A stretch of 60,000 bases of DNA from Laetmonice hystrix. Taxonomy: Eukaryota. The stretch spans positions 46,626,001-46,686,000 of the forward strand of contig OZ249436.1 of the NCBI GenBank assembly GCA_965235115.1, written 5' to 3'. Below the pieces are notes generated by a model, which saw nothing but the letters and a program-made list of their open reading frames with translations, made no database searches and was not told the DNA's origin. The translations under genes were made by a program, and so were the position numbers. Shown here piece after piece: positions 22,622-35,090 of the stretch; the first letter of the stretch is position 1; each line of letters begins with the position of its first letter.

Positions 22622-25600
22622 ATGACGTGGACCACGTGGTTGGTTGTCATGGTGATGACGTCGGCCTGGCGGACGGAGGTGGAAGGGTCCCAGACGTGTT
22701 CTCGCCTCCTGCCCTCCAGCCAAGGTACCGAATCTCTCTTCAGGATGCCCCAGGCTCGTTGTCGGTGAAGGGGAAGTTGAGGGGCGTGCCACACCCAAAA
22801 TCTGTAAAGGTCCAAAAGGTCCAACTTTTCCCAAATATTAGACTGAATATGTACAATATAACTTCCAATATTTATACAGTTAGTCATGCAGTTTCGGTTC
22901 TGATTTCTGTTCAGTTTTTAAAAGGTTTCAATATCTGGAAAGGTGCCTCAACCAACATTCTGTGCCCCTCTGTCCTGACCCCTTTTTGGCCCTCTTTATT
23001 TTGACATTTTTTCTTATCCCTGCCGGCCGAGTTTCCAGGTCACACGCCCCCCTTTCCCACTGCTGAGGGGCGTTAGGTGTTTACCTTAACCAACCGTCTT
23101 CTCTGTGTCAGCCGAGGCCCCGACCCCCACGGTGAGGACATCACTGCTCTACGCTTCCAATACGTCAGTGGTGCCACCTGGTATTGGGTTCCTGGGACGC
23201 GGCTACGACCTCTACCGTGGCGACCTCTACAAGAACGGTACGGATACGGCAGCCCAATCAGGGCAAAAGGGCCTTTTGTCGGATTCTGTTGTCAACGTAA
23301 CGGTAAAGTAGACCTGCGTACTATAAATAGTAGGGGGGATGCCACGAGAAACAGTAGGCTACCGCCAAGTCAAACTTGGTATAAGGCTTCCTTTTTACTT
23401 CGAAAGAATTCTAAAGGGGAGCCTAAGTTCCTTCTGGACGTTGCGTAACACTTTCCGTCCCGGTGTTCCACGCTGCAGGTTTTCGGTTGCCGGTCGTGGC
23501 CCTCACATACACAGAAGGAAGGCGGACGGCCAATGGGCGGTACTGGGTGCCAGACAGGTCTGACCTCCTCCCTGTGACACCAGGGGGCAGTGCTGTCGGA
23601 ACGTCTGCATGGATCATCCGAGGAACGGCGGATTATGTGCGTCTACTGGGGAAGCGAGTCATGGTATGTGTTCAGTTCACTAATGCTCGGTTATGGAAAG
23701 GTAAAAGTGCCCTTCAGTTTCCTTGAGACAATATACTATGTAATATTGGATCGACGCCAGATAAAGTAAGTAACCAGTACGGGTTATGTACTTAACTTAC
23801 GCCGCCAAAATTGACTGATAGTGCGGCATACCGAAGGTCCGAGGGACAGCTCAACGGCTGTACCTTTTTTTTTACTCGGATGACAACTTTCCACAATACG
23901 CCCTCACTTTGAACGGACCTGAAGGCCTACCTTACCCAAAAATTCCATATTCAGTCTTGCCCCCTGTTCTCCCATAGGCTACATTATAATAACCCCCTGA
24001 ACTACAATGTTGTAGACCTCGGGCCATGACTGGCTCAGTGACGGTCGATTCACAGGATCCGATACGTACCGGCGCATTGAGAGGCTGACTCTGACGGGCA
24101 ACGTGGTAGTCATGGCAACGGGTGACTTTAAACCATTCTACACAGTCACATTAGAAGGGTCGCGTTTTGTATTATCTAAGGTAGAACGACTCTTTCAAAA
24201 TACCAACCAAATATATGACGTAAGATGTGTAACTTATGTATTTTGTGATTGTACATCTGTAAATAAAAGCTTACCAATGTCTGATTTATCAAAAAAAAAT
24301 TGACAAATCGCATGGCCTGTCCTCTTCCCCTTCACCTTTAGGTTGACATTAACACAGCCCCTTTTCGCTGACCCCTATAGGGAATATTGGAAGCTATCAG
24401 GAAGTTGCCCAGGTCCTGTCCCTCAGGAGGCGAGTCCTCATCCCCAGAGTATATGGATTTTATCACGACGTACGGGACACACTACGTCAAACAGGTGACG
24501 TTAGGTACCGGCGGAATACAGCTAGCCTCCGCGTCTGCGCAGTCAGTGGCACGACAACAGAGCAGTGGTTCAACGGTACACGTGAGTGAGAACGAATGAT
24601 CTTATAATGGTCTTTTTTATAGTTAGAGAGAGAGAAAGAGAGATAGAGAGAGGAAGAGAAAGATAGGGAAAGATGGAAGTGAGAGAGAAAGACAGAAAGA
24701 GAGATATATTGAGAGGGAGAGGGGACTAAGGAAAGAGAGATAGAGGGAGAGAGTGCGTGTGTGTGTGGGGGGGGGGATTCACATAGATAAACCAGAACCT
24801 TATCCACCCAGGCTAGAGAAACTCAAACCTCACATTGATATAGCCCCCCCCCCTTCAGGATATTGCAGCATCCCTGAGCATCAGCAAGGACCCCGACAGT
24901 CCAGGATCGAGTGGCCACACGTCATCAATGGAACGCGCCAATGGTACGATGTCGTTTCCGTTTCCGGTTCATAATCCGAATGTCTAACATTTCTCCGTTT
25001 CCGGTTCATAATCCGAACGTCTAACATTTCTCCTTTTTCCAACGACCATTTTTATCTGCTGAAGTTTCCTCCGCAGGAGAACAGGCGCCCACAGTGCCCC
25101 TGGAGTTGACACTGGAGCCCATTGTTGATCTCCTGGAAGGTTCTGCTACCGGAGAGATCCGAGGTAAGAAGATACAGCGGACTGTCACGTTGTTTTAACA
25201 TGGTTAATATTCCCACGGGGTTGAGGGTATGGTTGAGAGTGAGGGGCAGGGATAGAGATCGGGTTAACTTTTTGGGGAGGTCTGAGTGTGAACGAGGGGT
25301 TCGAATAGTGAGAGAGTTTTAATCGTTTCCACTAGATTTCGTGGAAATGCTCCCCTGGGGTGTCGACATACAAAATGTATATCGGAATCATCTAACGGAG
25401 TTCAATACATGTAGTCAGACCACGTTTATCCGAAAAGCTTGGTGCTCATCTATTGCTAAATGCTAAATGGAATCGGGGTACATCAATCAGTCAATAGGGG
25501 CTGTAGACCTACTAACCTTGGAAAACGTTTTTCTTTATCTTACATTATAAAAGATACCGCGTAATGAGGATATTATCTTTCGAGGACAGTTGGTTTGACC

Positions 25601-28600
25601 TTGAAGGAATTAGAAACTATTATTCCTCCGACAATTGGCCTTGTGTACTTACAGACTTGTCGGAGAGATTATGATTGACCTTGTGTACTTACAGACTTGT
25701 CTGAGAGACTATGATTGACCTTGTGTACTGACAGACTTGTCTGAGAGACTATGATTGACCTTGTGTACTTACAGACTTGTCTGAGAGACTATGATTGACC
25801 TTGTGTACTTACAGACTTATCTGGGAGACTAGATTGACCTTGTGTACTTACAGACTTGTCTGAGAGACTATGATTGACCTTGTGTACTTACAGACTTATC
25901 TGGGAGACTAGATTGACCTTGTGTACTTACAGACTTGTCTGAGAGACTATGATTGACCTTGTGTACTTACAGACTTGTCTGAGAGACTGCAGTGTCTCCG
26001 GGCGACCATGATGTCGTATTGTGTCAAAGTCACGGGACAGAACTGCAGCCAACGGCCCATCTCTGACATGGCAACGCTAATCAGGTAGGTCTACGTCTCG
26101 AGTTAGATTACCTCAAGGGTGTTTCTCTAGTTTATTTTTACGGGTGGGTGTCAAGAAAATCTAACCATACTTTTCGAGGTGCTACCTAGGGCCTGTTCAC
26201 AATTCTTTATAAATCCATTTTTAGGTTCGATGATTATATGTCACTTTCTGGAAAATATGGAGGAAGCCTTTGGGTGGACCGAAATGTTTCTGTGGTTGGA
26301 ACACAACTCGGCCGTCCCTTGAGAACTGGTAAGTTTCAGTCTGTTTGATGTTGACTGAGGAGAATTCAGATTTTTTCATGGCCAGTTAGGCCTAGCCTAC
26401 AGCAGTTGATATGGTTTTCACCTTTGCAGAGTGTCCAACCATCCCTATTTCGTCGAGATTATCCCGATTTTGCTTGAAAATTCCGAATCCTGACGAGTCT
26501 TGCTAGGAAAGATTTGGAAGATCTCTTCCCACAGGCAACGAGCCCGGAAAGAGCTCGGCAAATTCTCAAACGGGAAAATGAATAGATCTAACGAGAATTT
26601 TATTGCAATAATTTTTTTTTACGGAAAACAAGCCTAAACTGACGATCAATTTACAGAGCCTTTTTGACAGAAATATTCGTCTGAGAGTGCTGAAAATGGT
26701 GCTTCAGTGCCTCCAGATTTCAAAGATTCCCCCTACAATTTAATTCCCGATTTGAGAAGGTCCCTAGGTTGGACACTCTGCCTTGGCTCTAGCATTACGG
26801 ATGCAGAAACTGGCACAAGTCGGGGAATGGGCGTGACGTCACCAAATGAGCGATAATGAGAGTTAGGTAAGGGTTAGGGTTAAGTTTAGCATCTTTTATC
26901 GCTCATTGTTATACCGACCATTCCCCGACGGGTGGCGCCGCCTGTCGGTGTAAACCCCCCAAATTTCAATGGCGCTGTTTCTTGCAGATCCTCCGCCAGG
27001 TGGCCAAGAGGTGACGACGCTCCAGGTAGTCCCCTCATCAGACCAGCAGGATCGACGTGGACAAATTTTGTTCAGCGGTGACTTGTTTCAGCTCGCTTCA
27101 CCAGGAGTGAGTGGGTGTAACCTCAGTCTTATACTAAACGCTCCTGTTTACCCATCTATAGATGCCTACTAACTCTAGGGTGTGCATTTTCCTTGCCCCA
27201 TCATGAAAGATTAGGCTACACGTGGCCAACTGTGCTCCAGCCACGGCTACAACTGGTCTGAACCTTTTTTCGGGGCGTCGGAACTCGGTGGGACGGGACG
27301 CTCAGGTTTTCCAAGGGCCAGGTCAGGGATAAGGTCGACAGTCAAAAGGGCTAGATTCCCATGATACCTAAAAATTCGATCACCTTTCCCAGCCCCAAAC
27401 CTAACTTTACGACCTAAAAATTTAATCACCTTTCCCCGCCCCAAACCTAACTTTACGACCTAAAAATTCGATCACCTTTCCCAGCCCCAAACCTAACTTT
27501 ACGACCTAAAGATTTAATCACCTTTTCCAGCCCCAAACCTAACTTTACGACCTAAAAATTCGATCACCTTTCCCAGCCCCAAACCTAACTTTACGACCTA
27601 AAAATGTAATCACCTTTCCCAGCCCCAAACCTAACTTTACGACTTAGAAATTTAATCACCTTTCCCAGCCCCAAACCTAACTTTAACCCCTACCTCCAAT
27701 TTTCGTAGGAAAGGTATACAATGGGGGAATAACATCAAAAGGTTATCTGTGGGTCTTGAAGAGATCACATGTCCCTGCTCTCTAAAAATATATATTTCTC
27801 CTGTGTATTCTGTATTGTTTATAAGGTTTCCTTCTGCAGGGTACCACCATACGGGCAGCACGGTTAGGTAGCCGTCAGAAGGCGATCTCTCAACTCTACC
27901 AAAGGTCACGTCAGGGTCAGACCGTGCTGTTCGAGGACGGCGCGGTCCTGCCGACTGACAAAACGTTCGATGAGGAGGATGTTCTATTTGTTCCTGATGC
28001 CAGTGGTAAGTACGCAAAATTTTAGCTATTGGTTTCTGATGCTAGTGGTAAGTACGCAAAGTTTTAGCTATTTGTTCCTGATGCCAGTCGTAAGGACGCA
28101 AAGTTTTAGCTGTTTGTTCCTGATGCTAGTGGTAAGTACGCAAAGTTTTAGCTATTTGTTCCTGATGCCAGTGGTAAGTACGCAAAGTTTTAGCTAACGA
28201 CGTCTTCCCTGCTTCCAAAGCAGAAAGATATTTGGGTTTGATTATCCTGAAGAGACTGTGTCACCAGACCCTAGTAGGTTTACATCAATAACATTTCGTT
28301 AACAGGAGATTTGTATTTGATGACCATCGACGTATCTTCTGCTGGACTCGCTGGTTCCGCTCCGGCCAAGGTGACCTCTCTGGGACCGTTCTCACTCACC
28401 GTCCAGGGCGGACGCGGGATCTCCAGTACGACGCTGGTCGACCCGTGCCAGGGTCAGTGTTACCCGGGTCGTCACAAGGTGGCAGCACTGCGCCTGCCAC
28501 GCGGGATGGAACCGATTCGGAAGCTACAGATGTCGGTAAGTATGGGGCCAGCTTGGACCGGGAAATGTTCGTAATAAGCTCCCCGAGTTTCAAACGGTCA

Positions 28601-31600
28601 TACTTTCTGATCATGGGTTGGATTGGGTCTAGCTGTAGATAATCTGTGGGTGTAGCACTGTGCAGAACCTGCGGGTAGCGGCTTTCCTCGGACTCTAACT
28701 GGCGGTACCAAGCCATGATGAAAACACTTGTCTCAGACTCGGACTGGCGTTGAACCAATGAAAACACTTGTCTCGGACTCTGACTGGCGGTACCAAGCCA
28801 ATGAAAACACTTGTCTCAGACTCTAACTGGCGGTACCAAGCCAATGAAAACACTTGTCTCGGACTCTGACTGGCGGTACCAAGCCAATGAAAACACTTGT
28901 CTCGGACTCTGACTGGCGGTACCAAGCCAATGAAAACACTTGTCTCGGACCCTAACTGGCGGTACCAAGCCAATGAAAACACTTGTCAGGGACTCTAACT
29001 GGCGGTACCAAGCCAATGAAAACACTTGTCTCGGACTCTAACTGGCGGTACCAAGCCAATGAAAACACTTGTCTCGGACTCTGACTGGCGGTACCAAGCC
29101 AATGAAAACACTTCTGCCTGTGCTGACAGGTGCTGCCACCATGGATGGCTCAGGGTGATCGTCACCAGGCGGCGCTGGTAATCTCCCACGTCATGCTGGA
29201 ACACGTCGCGTCTGCTGTGAGATACGCGACATCGTCTGCCGTCCTGGCGTCTGCCAACGCCACCTGTTGGCAGTGTGGGCAGTTACAAGCGACGGTTGAG
29301 GACGGGACCCTTGTCGTCGCTCACGGTGAGATGCGGATGTCTTCTACAGTGTCGTCTCGGAAAAGAAATCTTGCGAATTGTAATCATTTATAGTCACATT
29401 AATCTTTCATCCTCAAAAGTCTACCAGAGTAAACAAATAAGTCTGTTCTATATTACCATTTTAAAGTCGCCAAAGTAAGGTTTCTAAATGAGTCAATAGA
29501 AAAAGGAGGGTGTGAAATGCTAATGCCTGTTAACATTTGAGCCTGCTATGCCTGTAGATTCAGCGTCTACTGAGGCTGACATGGGTGAGGCATGGTTCTC
29601 CCTACGCGGCGTCCGTGACGTCATGAATTGGACTGACGTCATTCAGGGACCTCTTGTGGACGGCGACGCGGTACGGCTTCACTTACATGGTGCACTAACA
29701 GCAGGTACAAGTTTACATTGTGACGTCTTCTTAACTGGTCGGTTTATAATCTGTTAATGCTAGCGTCATTCTTGACATTATAGACAGAGACTTTAGCTGA
29801 TCGTGGAAGCTCTAAGCTACCATTCCAAAGATTTTAACACCTGAGTTGTGATACGTCTTCCCTATGCAAATAAACATACACTATATTTTAAATGAAATTG
29901 GTCATTAAAGCTCCAGAATGGGTTACTGTCCTGAGTTGGTGTTATATTAGACGAATCCCTCACAGTATGTTCTCATTGAGAGGGGGGTTAAAGGGTCAAA
30001 TGCAACTATTCCCAGTGACGCATGTGAGGTTAAACTGTCACGACGCCAATGACTCTTCAATACTAAACGTAATACCTTTTCCCCACCTCAAACGCGGTAG
30101 ATGCCATGACGGAGCCTGCGCCACCGCGTTCATGTGTCGTCGACGCCTGCGCAAACGGAGGTCTCTGTATCCATGACAACGTCGAACCGGTCACGTGCCA
30201 CTGTGGTGCCATGTGGGCTGGTCCCACTTGTCAGACCCGTGAGAAGCCATTTATATGATAAAAACATATACATGTACATGTAGTATAGAATCTGTATTTT
30301 GTGACAGTATACAGAGCCAAAGATATCCTGACATCTAGGCACATCTCTAATAGTCTTCTCCACTTGGTAATTCTCTGTGCCAACACTAGATTTATATCCT
30401 TAATGCTCTTCTTGTCAAATGTATTCTTTTCTTGAAGTATGACCTCTAGTAATGTGGGAATATGCCCTTGCAGCTTGTACTGAAGAACTTGTGAAGGAAG
30501 ATGGTATCTTTGGACCACCCGGGTCATCGTATCATGGTAACCTGGAGTGGACCTTTCTCCAACGTCTTCAAAACGTTCCAGAGAGCCGGTACCTCGTCGT
30601 AACCTTTGACCTGACGGTGAAGGTGTCGGCCATACAGTTGCCCTTGGAAACATCCTTGGGTGACCTCGGCGTGGAGTATTACAACATCAGTGATCAGACA
30701 TGGCGGAGCAGGGTAAACTTGACGAGTATAGCCAATCAGAGAGCCGCTTACTTCACCTCGGTGGGCAGTAGACGCTCTCTGATAACAACCAAACTAAGAC
30801 TGACCTACTTATCGGGTCAGGATAACGTATCGTTGGTGGGGTTCAAGGTGTACGGGTGCCAGGAGCCCTGGACACCTGGGGGTACTCCTAGCGGATTCAG
30901 GAATCTACCACCATTCACACTGAACCTGGTCAAGGACGGTCCTTGGCCCAGAGGGACAGGTGCAGACACTGCCAAGGTCAGCACAGAGAGGAACGCCGCC
31001 ACCGGAAGTAGTGATCAGACGCCAATGACAGAGACGCTGGCGTTCACGGTTATAACTGAACCAAATGTCACGTGTGACACCAATGACTCTGACGTCGTAT
31101 GGGCAGTTGGTCGCCAACTGAACCTATGTCCGAACTCTCTGACTGTGGTCGACATGTCGGTTACCATGGATACTGACGGCAACACGTTCATCCGCTTGAC
31201 GCTGCGCATGACGGGGCAACGTCACGTGATCATGGCGGCCAAGTACGACGCCCTTGAGAGAATCGGCGCGGGGAATATGACCTTGACCTGCCGTGGTGCT
31301 AAGCCGGAGAGGTCAGCAGCCCTAGGGGCGGGAAGTTTGGAGGCCCAGGTCTCCACTCTAGAGCGGACTATGATCATTCTGGCCGTTGTGCTGATCGTGC
31401 TCCTGGTCCTATGTCTGATTGTTTTTATTGTGTATCTTGTGATTTTATCAAGAAGGTATCGGGACATTAACAACGAACTCACGACCCTACGGAAAATGAA
31501 GGCACAAAAGGTATTTGGGATTTTATGGCTCTATCCTACCTGCCATATATAACAGGCACGGATTTAGAACTTCCGTGCCTGTTTAATCAACCTAACCACA

Positions 31601-32222
31601 ACCCAGAGGTGGATCTAGGATTTGAGCTTGAGGTGGGTGGGTCAGAAAATTTATCAGAAAAAAACGTACTTTTCTCAGAGGGCAAGGCCTACCTGAACTG
31701 TTCCTGTTGATCCCTTTGCTACATTCCTACCGTGGACCCACCCTTCTTTCCGAAGTCCTAGATCCACGCCAGTTTACACAGTGGCAGCTACACATTCCTG
31801 TAATTGCTCTCAGATGAGAATAAACTGAAGCACTGTTCCCGTTCCAGAGAGCGATAAAACGGCACGAGGTACAGGCCTTTCCTCACCAGGTGGCACCGCT
31901 GACGACCCAGGTCGGGGTCCCCCGGCGGACGAGTCCCATCAGTAGTCTTGGGACGAAGGTGGCGCCACGTAACGGACACCAAGGAGGTCGACCTCTGCGG
32001 TACTCACAGTCCCTGCACGGCTACATCGACCGTCCGGTGCGACATCGCGACGGCCCGGCGACTATTGACCGCATGACGACGCGACAACGCGACCCGGCGA
32101 CCATCGCGGGACATGGAGCTCTGGATCCGGCCAACTATATCCTGCCGAACACATACCGGGCCCCGAGTCCACAGGGAACTCGGTCCGGGGAGGACTCGGA
32201 CACGGTCCAGTCAACCTGCTGA
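22622..32222 (+). CDS. Multi-exon type-I membrane MACPF-domain protein (~1177 aa): signal peptide - MACPF - PLAT-like - EGF - F5/8C(discoidin)-like - TM - cytoplasmic tail
   Basis: Phase-consistent GT-AG exon chain: 22622-22724, 23112-23237, 23479-23663, 24016-24180, 24381-24581, 24859-24943, 25077-25163, 25973-26084, 26225-26328, 26988-27106, 27840-28005, 28306-28535, 29130-29325, 29558-29704, 30101-30238, 30474-31510, 31890-32222 (3534 nt, divisible by 3). Motifs: MTWTTWLVVMVMTSAW signal; FLGRGYDL; TYTEGRRTANGRYWVPD; YMDFITTYGTHYVKQVTLG (MACPF signature); EGF CVVDACANGGLC..CHCGAMWAGPTC; FKVYGC; TM IILAVVLIVLLVLCLIVFIVYLVIL followed by RRYR. Confidence 0.8.
25637..25988 (+). repeat. 40-bp minisatellite (9 copies) containing the exon-8 splice acceptor
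   Basis: Unit ttgaccttgtgtacttacag|acttgtctgagagactatga; only the last copy runs on into coding sequence. Confidence 0.9.
26427..26780. mobile_element. Intronic MITE
   Basis: 14-bp TIR cagagtgtccaacc / ggttggacactctg; flanks cctttg/ccttgg. Confidence 0.7.
27375..27690. repeat. 46-bp minisatellite (~7 copies)
   Basis: Unit cacctttcccagccccaaacctaactttacgacctaaaaattcgat. Confidence 0.9.
27985..28195 (+). repeat. 42-bp minisatellite (5 copies) containing the exon-11 splice donor
   Basis: Unit tatttgttcctgatgccagtg|gtaagtacgcaaagttttagc. Confidence 0.9.
28690..29112. repeat. 43-bp minisatellite (~10 copies), intronic
   Basis: Unit gactctgactggcggtaccaagccaatgaaaacacttgtctcg. Confidence 0.9.
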
Positions 32223-32908
32223 CACGGTGACTCGGTCTGGGGAGGACTCGGACACGGTCCAGTCAACCTGCTGACACGGGGACTCGGTCTGGGGAGGACT
32301 CGGACACGGTCCAGTCAACCTGCTGACACGGTGACTCGGTCTGGGGAGGACTCGGACACGGTCCAGTCAACCTGTTGACACGGTGACTCGGTCTGGGGAG
32401 GACTCGGACACGGTCCAGTCAACCTGTTGACGCGGGGACTCGGTCCGGGGAGGACTCGGACACGGTCCAGTCAACCTGCTGACACGGTGACTCGGTCTGG
32501 GGAGGACTCGGACACGGTCCAGTCAACCTGCTGACACGGTGACTCGGTCTGGGGAGGACTCGGACACGGTCCAGTCAACCTGCTGACACGTGGACTCGGT
32601 CTGGGGAGGACTCGGACACGGTCCAGTCAACCTGCTGACACGGTGACTCTGTCTGGGGAGGACTCGGACACGGTCCAGTCAACCTGCTGACACGGGGACT
32701 CGGTCCGGGGAGGACTCGGACACGGTCCAGTCAACCTGCTGACACGGGGACTCGGTCTGGGGAGGACTCGGACACGGTCCAGTCAACCTGTTGACACGGG
32801 AACTCGGTCCGGGGAGGACTCGGACACGGTCCAGTCAACCTGCTGACACGGTGACTCAGTCTGGGGAGGACTCGGACACGGTCCAGTCAACCTGCTGACA
32901 CGGGGACT
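32176..32908 (+). repeat. 52-bp minisatellite (~14 copies) whose first unit contains the MACPF-gene stop codon
   Basis: Unit gactcggtctggggaggactcggacacggtccagtcaacctgctgacacggt. Confidence 0.9.
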
Positions 32909-33429
32909 CTCTCATACATTGTACAAATATCACAGCGGGGGCGCCCCAGGCAGATTTTCTCCCACCCTGAAAATTTAAAAGAAAAGATTTTTTCAGCGTG
33001 TAACGAACGCTCTACCTGAGAATGATTCTGCCCAGGGTGGCGAGGTTTAATTACCCGGGATTATCTGCGGTTACCCTGGGCCAGCTGATCTCTCTATGCT
33101 GCCACAGTCGATGAGGTAGCGACGTGAGACATGAAGGATGCACACAATCCATGATCGACTGACCAGAACTCCTGCAGTCGTCTAGAAATAAATAAAGAAA
33201 CGGGCTCTTGATGTTACAAACATTACGCACAGAGACACGGGCTTCCCCGGAATTCTTCTTCGCTTGAATCATGCCCACATACTGACAATATACAAACCAA
33301 GAGGCGGCGATCGACATGAATATGTTGAATATGTCTTTCAGTGACAATAATTTAGGGTGCCAGTGTCTTTCAGCTAAATGATATCACTCATATTACATAT
33401 GTATATCAGACATAGAAGACAGTATGGGC

Positions 33430-33563
33430 ATCAATAAGTTTGTTTCAGCAACACGAATAAGTTTGTTTCAGCAACATGAATAAGTTTGTTTCAGCAACAT
33501 GAATAAGTTTGTTCCAGCAACGTGAATAAGTTTGTTCCAGCACCATGAATAAGTTTGTTTCAG
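33430..33563. repeat. 23-bp tandem repeat (~6 copies), followed by a (CT)n microsatellite at ~33675-33790
   Basis: Unit aataagtttgtttcagcaacatg. Confidence 0.85.
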
Positions 33564-33670
33564 TGTATCCGTGCAGAGAGACATTTGTCAGATATATCGC
33601 ACGTCTCTCGGTTTCTAGGTCTCTCTGTCTCTATCTGTCTCTCTTTCCCTCTGTCCCCGCTGTATGTCTG

Positions 33671-33736
<66 letters not shown>

Positions 33737-33926
33737 TCTCCCTCTGTCCCCGCTGTATCTCTCTTTCTCTCTTTCTCTCTCTCCCTCTCTCCCCTCTGCC
33801 CTAGCGGTTTCATGTTTGTGCTCATGATATCACCTCCAGAGGAACCTCTCCAGGAAAAATGTTCCCAGGCCATTTTTATTAAAACTTCTCATTTTGTCAA
33901 ATGAAGCCTAAACAGCCTTACAGTTA

Positions 33927-35090
33927 TTCAATTCAATTCAATTCAATTCAATGGACTTTATTGCGGACACATCTACATCTACATAGTATGATAGTACATA
34001 GAGGTCCATAGAAACTGGGAACTAGAGACTAAAGGCTAAAGATTAGAACATCGGCTAACCAGAGCCAATGTGTAGCAAGTTAAGCCAATGCCTCCTTATT
34101 CTGGAGACATAAGAAATACTGGTAGCAAGTAGCGAAACAATAATGTCATTTACAGAGGCATCAAGCCTACACATGAATCGATGCACAAGGTTACGGATAA
34201 CTGCCTGGCAGCACTGGACATCAAGTATAGTGCAGAGCATACTTGTGCTTTCATACTTAGGTAGCCCCAGAAACATCTTGAGTAAGTTGTGGTAAGAAAC
34301 TTGTAGTTTGTTTATGGAGGCTCTCTTAAAGTTCCACCACAATTGTGCCGTGTACAGGGGAGAACAATACGCACGGAACAGAGTAAGTTTGACGTCCCAA
34401 CTACACATATGGAATTTTCGAAGTATCGAGTTACCCTGGGCATATAGCTTTTTAACTTGTCTACCTATGTCATCATCATCAGATAAGTCATTTGCCACAC
34501 AATGTCCAAGGTATTTGAACCTATCAACTACTTTTAAGGCTTCCCCATACAGATTGTGGTCAGGCAAAGTCACACCTCTCAGGGATTTAGACCTGAACAC
34601 CATCACAGCACTCTTCTTTGTGTTGAACTTCACATCATGCTCAAGACCAAATCTTTCACATACACGGAGAAGCATAACAAGCCCAGCAGCAGAGGGGGCA
34701 AAGATAACTAGGTCGTCTGCATACATTAGGTGATTAAGAAGGAAGCTGTTGATCGTGCAGCCTGTATTACACTTGTTTAATTGAACACTTAGGTCATCAA
34801 CATAGATATTGAACAAATATGGAGAGAGTATTCCACCCTGTCTAACCCCACATGACACATTAAAGTGTCCAGAGTAGGCATTTCCCCACCTAACAGACAT
34901 TTGTTGGTTAGAGTACCAGAAGATCAGGATTCTGACAATGTATCCAGGTACCCCTCTACTGACAAGTTTTTCAAACAGAACACCATGGTTCACTCTATCA
35001 AAAGCCTTACTTGCATCTAAATAGCATGCAAAGACGCTACCGTTTAGTGTGCGATAAGCATCCACTACCTCCTTCAGGACATAGATATCA
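33927..35090 (-). mobile_element. 5'-truncated non-LTR retrotransposon (LINE): RT C-terminal part, short 3' UTR and (TTGAA)n tail
   Basis: ORF 34055..35161 carries LDASKAFDRVNH, GVRQGGILSPYLFNIYVDDL, YADD and FKYLG; no endonuclease; (ttcaa)5 at 33927-33951. Clade not determined. Confidence 0.92.

Noticed and set aside
23238..23302. Longer exon 2 ending at ACG|gtaaag (23302)
   Set aside because: That donor is phase 0 while exon 3 needs phase 1; the donor at 23237 keeps the frame.
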